A DNA stretch of 63,685 nt from Chiloscyllium plagiosum. Taxonomy: Eukaryota. Within the stretch, counting starts at the first letter, position 1; each line of letters opens with the position of its first letter. The stretch spans positions 6,131,352 to 6,195,036 of the forward strand of contig NC_057758.1 in NCBI RefSeq assembly GCF_004010195.1, read 5' to 3'. A program made the position numbers and the translations under genes. Of this stretch, positions 61,066-63,685 are shown one piece after another. The notes beneath the pieces are model-generated. The model was not told the origin of the DNA. It saw nothing but the letters and a program-made list of their open reading frames with translations, and searched no databases.

Positions 61066-63685
61066 TGAGAAACAGGATTTACGATTATTTGGAAGATCAC
61101 ATCTTGATTAAAGATAGTCAGCAAGACCTAGTGAGAGACAGATCATGCTTCACAAGATTTACTGAATTCTTTGAGAATGTAACAAAACACGTTGATGTAG
61201 GTGGAGCAGTGGATGCGATGTACATGGATTTAAGCAAGGCGTTTCATAAGGTTCCCTATTGTAGGCTCATTAATAAAGTAAAGAGATGTAGGATACAGGG
61301 AAACTTGGCGAACAGGATACGGAATTGGTTGGCCCACATTCGAAAGATAGTATTCAACCTGGAGCTCAGTCACCAGTGGTGATACGTAAGGATCGGTTCT
61401 GGGACCTATTCTCTATGTGATATTTATTAATGTCTTGTGTGAGGAAGTGCAAGGGTGAGTCAGTAAGTTTTCCAATGACACGAAGTTTGCAGATAGTGGG
61501 ATGGAGACCTGTTTCAGGTTACAACGGTACGTTGACAGGATGCAGAGCTGGGCTGAGAAGTGGCAGATTGCGTTCAACCTGGAAAAGTGTGCATTGATTT
61601 TTTTTTGTTAAATCTAAACTGAATTCAGAACACGGGGTTAAAGATCGGATTTTTTTCAGTGTGGAGGAATGGAGGAATCTTTTGTCCTCATCCACAGTAC
61701 GCTCAACTCTAATACCCAAGATGACAGGGGTATAAGAATGCGTCGGGTGTGTTGGCTTTCATTGGCACCGGGATTGAGTTTAACACGACTGAGACTATGC
61801 TCCACCATAAAGTGTTTTGATCCCTCTCAGAACCTGCCATTATACCTCTGTTTAGGTCGTCAGAATTTTGGGGACGGGACGATCACTTCCCTACTCCAAA
61901 TTGTATGTACTGCACAGGTGCGATCTTTTCAGTCTATCTCTTCGCCTGAGGTGTGGTAACCGTCCAGTGAAACTACCGCCAGTTTCTCCGCAATCTAATG
62001 ATTTTGCTACTTTATAAAGGTTATTTCGCCTTTTTTTCCACATTCGTCAAAAAGGCACAGGCTCTGGTTGTCTCGTCAGAAAATTACAAATCAGTAAGGC
62101 AGCGTGAGCTAGCAGAGGGTGTGTCAGCTTTGATCGAACAACGCTGAAATTTGTTCACAAAAGACAAAATAACGTAGTTACAGATATTTCAAGGCAATGA
62201 TTTGCAAGATCACTACTGAAACCTAATAGATATTCCAAACTGCGAAGGAGAAAGACGAAATCAAGCAGTTGCAACCTTACTTCAAAATATTGGAATGAGT
62301 CAATAATCTTGGATTGTTTAGCCTTATAAAGGCACCTGCAGATCAGTTTGGATCAATGCTTGGAAGAACGTGCACGAGTGGAATCGTTCTCAAAGCGAAA
62401 ATATCGGGGAGAAAATACAATGTTAAATTTATGTTCATTCGTCGAGAACATTTAGTCTGAACATATGACAGACTTATTGGAGTTCACAAGACGATGTTAC
62501 ATTCAGGGAAATTACAATGAACACGCATTCTCAGGAAGTGAAATGAAAAGTGTCTTGTTCACAGACGTTTTGGTAAGATGCGACTTTGTGACTGTTGTTG
62601 AGAACATGGCTTTGTGCCTGCTGGTCTGAAAACCAATCAGAAACATATGGGTGTAGATAAGTAGAACAGAAGACAGATGGTGAAAGGCATAATGTAGTGG
62701 GATAATGGGTTACATTACATTATAAATTTTGCAGCACTCTGTGTCCTTGCTGAGTCCTTCACTCTCTTAAACGTACAGTACATCTCTGCACCTTCATAAT
62801 ATGAGAAACAGGATTTACGATTATTTGGAAGATCACATCTTGATTAAAGATAGTCAGCAAGACTTTGTGAGAGACAGATCATGCTTCACAAGACTTACTG
62901 AAATCTTTTGAGAATGTGACAAAACACTTTGATATAGGTGGAGCAGTGGATGTGGTGTACATGGATTTAAGCAAGGCGTTTGATAGGTTTCCCTGTTGTA
63001 GACTCATTAATAAAGTAAGGAGGTGTGGGATACAGGGAAATTTAGCTAACTGGATACGGATTTGGTTGGTCCATATTCGAAAGAGAGTGGCAGTTGATTG
63101 AAAGTATTCAGTCTGGAGCTCAGTGACCAGTGGTGATACGCAAGGATCGGGTCTGGGATCTCTTCTCTATGTGATTTTATTAATTTCATGTGTGAGGAAG
63201 TGGAAGGGTGAGTCAGTCAGTTTTCAAATGACACGAAGGTTGCAGATAGTGGGGTGGAGACCTGTTTCAGGTTACAACGGTACATTGACAGGATGCAGAG
63301 CTGGTCTGAGAAGTGGCAGATTGCGTTCAACCTGGAGAAGTGTGCATTGATGTTTTTTGGTAGATCTAAACTGAATGCAGAACACACGGTGAAAGATAGG
63401 ATTTTTGGCAGTGTGGAGGAATGGAGGAATATTTTGTCCTCAGCCACAGTACGCTCAACTCTTTTACCCAAGTTGACAGGGGTGTAAGAAGGCGTCGGGT
63501 GTGTTGGCTTTCATTGGCACTAGGAATGAGTTTAAGTGGAGTGACGCCATGCTACATCGATAAATTGTTTCTATCCCTCTCCCAACCTGCCATTTCAGCT
63601 CTGTTTATGTCGTCAGAATTTTGCGGACGGGACGATCACTTCCGTACTCCAAATTGGTAGTACTGTGCAGGTGCGACATTCGCAG
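60976..63685 (+). repeat. Direct repeat, period ~1736 bp (LTR end + CR1 fragment + flank)
   Basis: 60976-~61932 matches 62712-63685 (window end), including the identical LTR/CR1 junction cttcataatatgagaaacagg. Confidence 0.92.
61065..61800 (+). mobile_element. CR1 RT fragment
   Basis: RIYDYLEDHILIKDSQQD..RDRSCFT.FTEFFENVTKHVD.GGAVDAMYMDLSKAFHKVP. Confidence 0.9.

Noticed and set aside
1..63685. Immunoglobulin/TCR cluster as the reason for the repeated unit
   Set aside because: The CACAGTG heptamers I checked lack a correctly spaced ACAAAAACC nonamer, and no V/J/C exon was recognised.

Overview
Eukaryotic, repeat-saturated DNA, most likely from a shark or other elasmobranch (inferred from HE1/V-SINE-like SINEs, CR1 LINEs, and Penelope-like and Gmr1-like elements). 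It consists of three contigs joined by two 500-N gaps (1736-2235, 34490-34989). I find no intact host protein-coding gene; the ORF-track entries I could identify are fragments of decayed retroelements. The main structure is a 21-23 kb segmental-duplication unit present in three copies: partial copy A (1-1735, +), copy B (2250-25474, -) and copy C (35442-56009, +). The inverted arrangement may be a scaffolding artefact, because each copy lies on its own contig. The unit contains a Gmr1-like Gypsy element (gag-PR-INT-RT order), a Penelope RT fragment, Tx1/CR1 fragments, a SINE and a tRNA-Ile(AAT) pseudogene. It also contains a decayed class I-like endogenous retrovirus: LTR, gag MA/PPxY remnants, an env TM with an immunosuppressive-domain-like segment and CX6CC, PPT and LTR. 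Several short Penelope-derived elements carry minimal hammerhead-ribozyme motifs. One is a young, perfect 87-bp fold-back with a 14-bp target-site duplication and an intact catalytic core (26045-26262). A second, near full-length Gmr1-like element (54858-61065) and a ~1.74-kb-period direct repeat end the window. All family assignments come from motif recognition by eye, not database searches. Boundaries of decayed elements are approximate.
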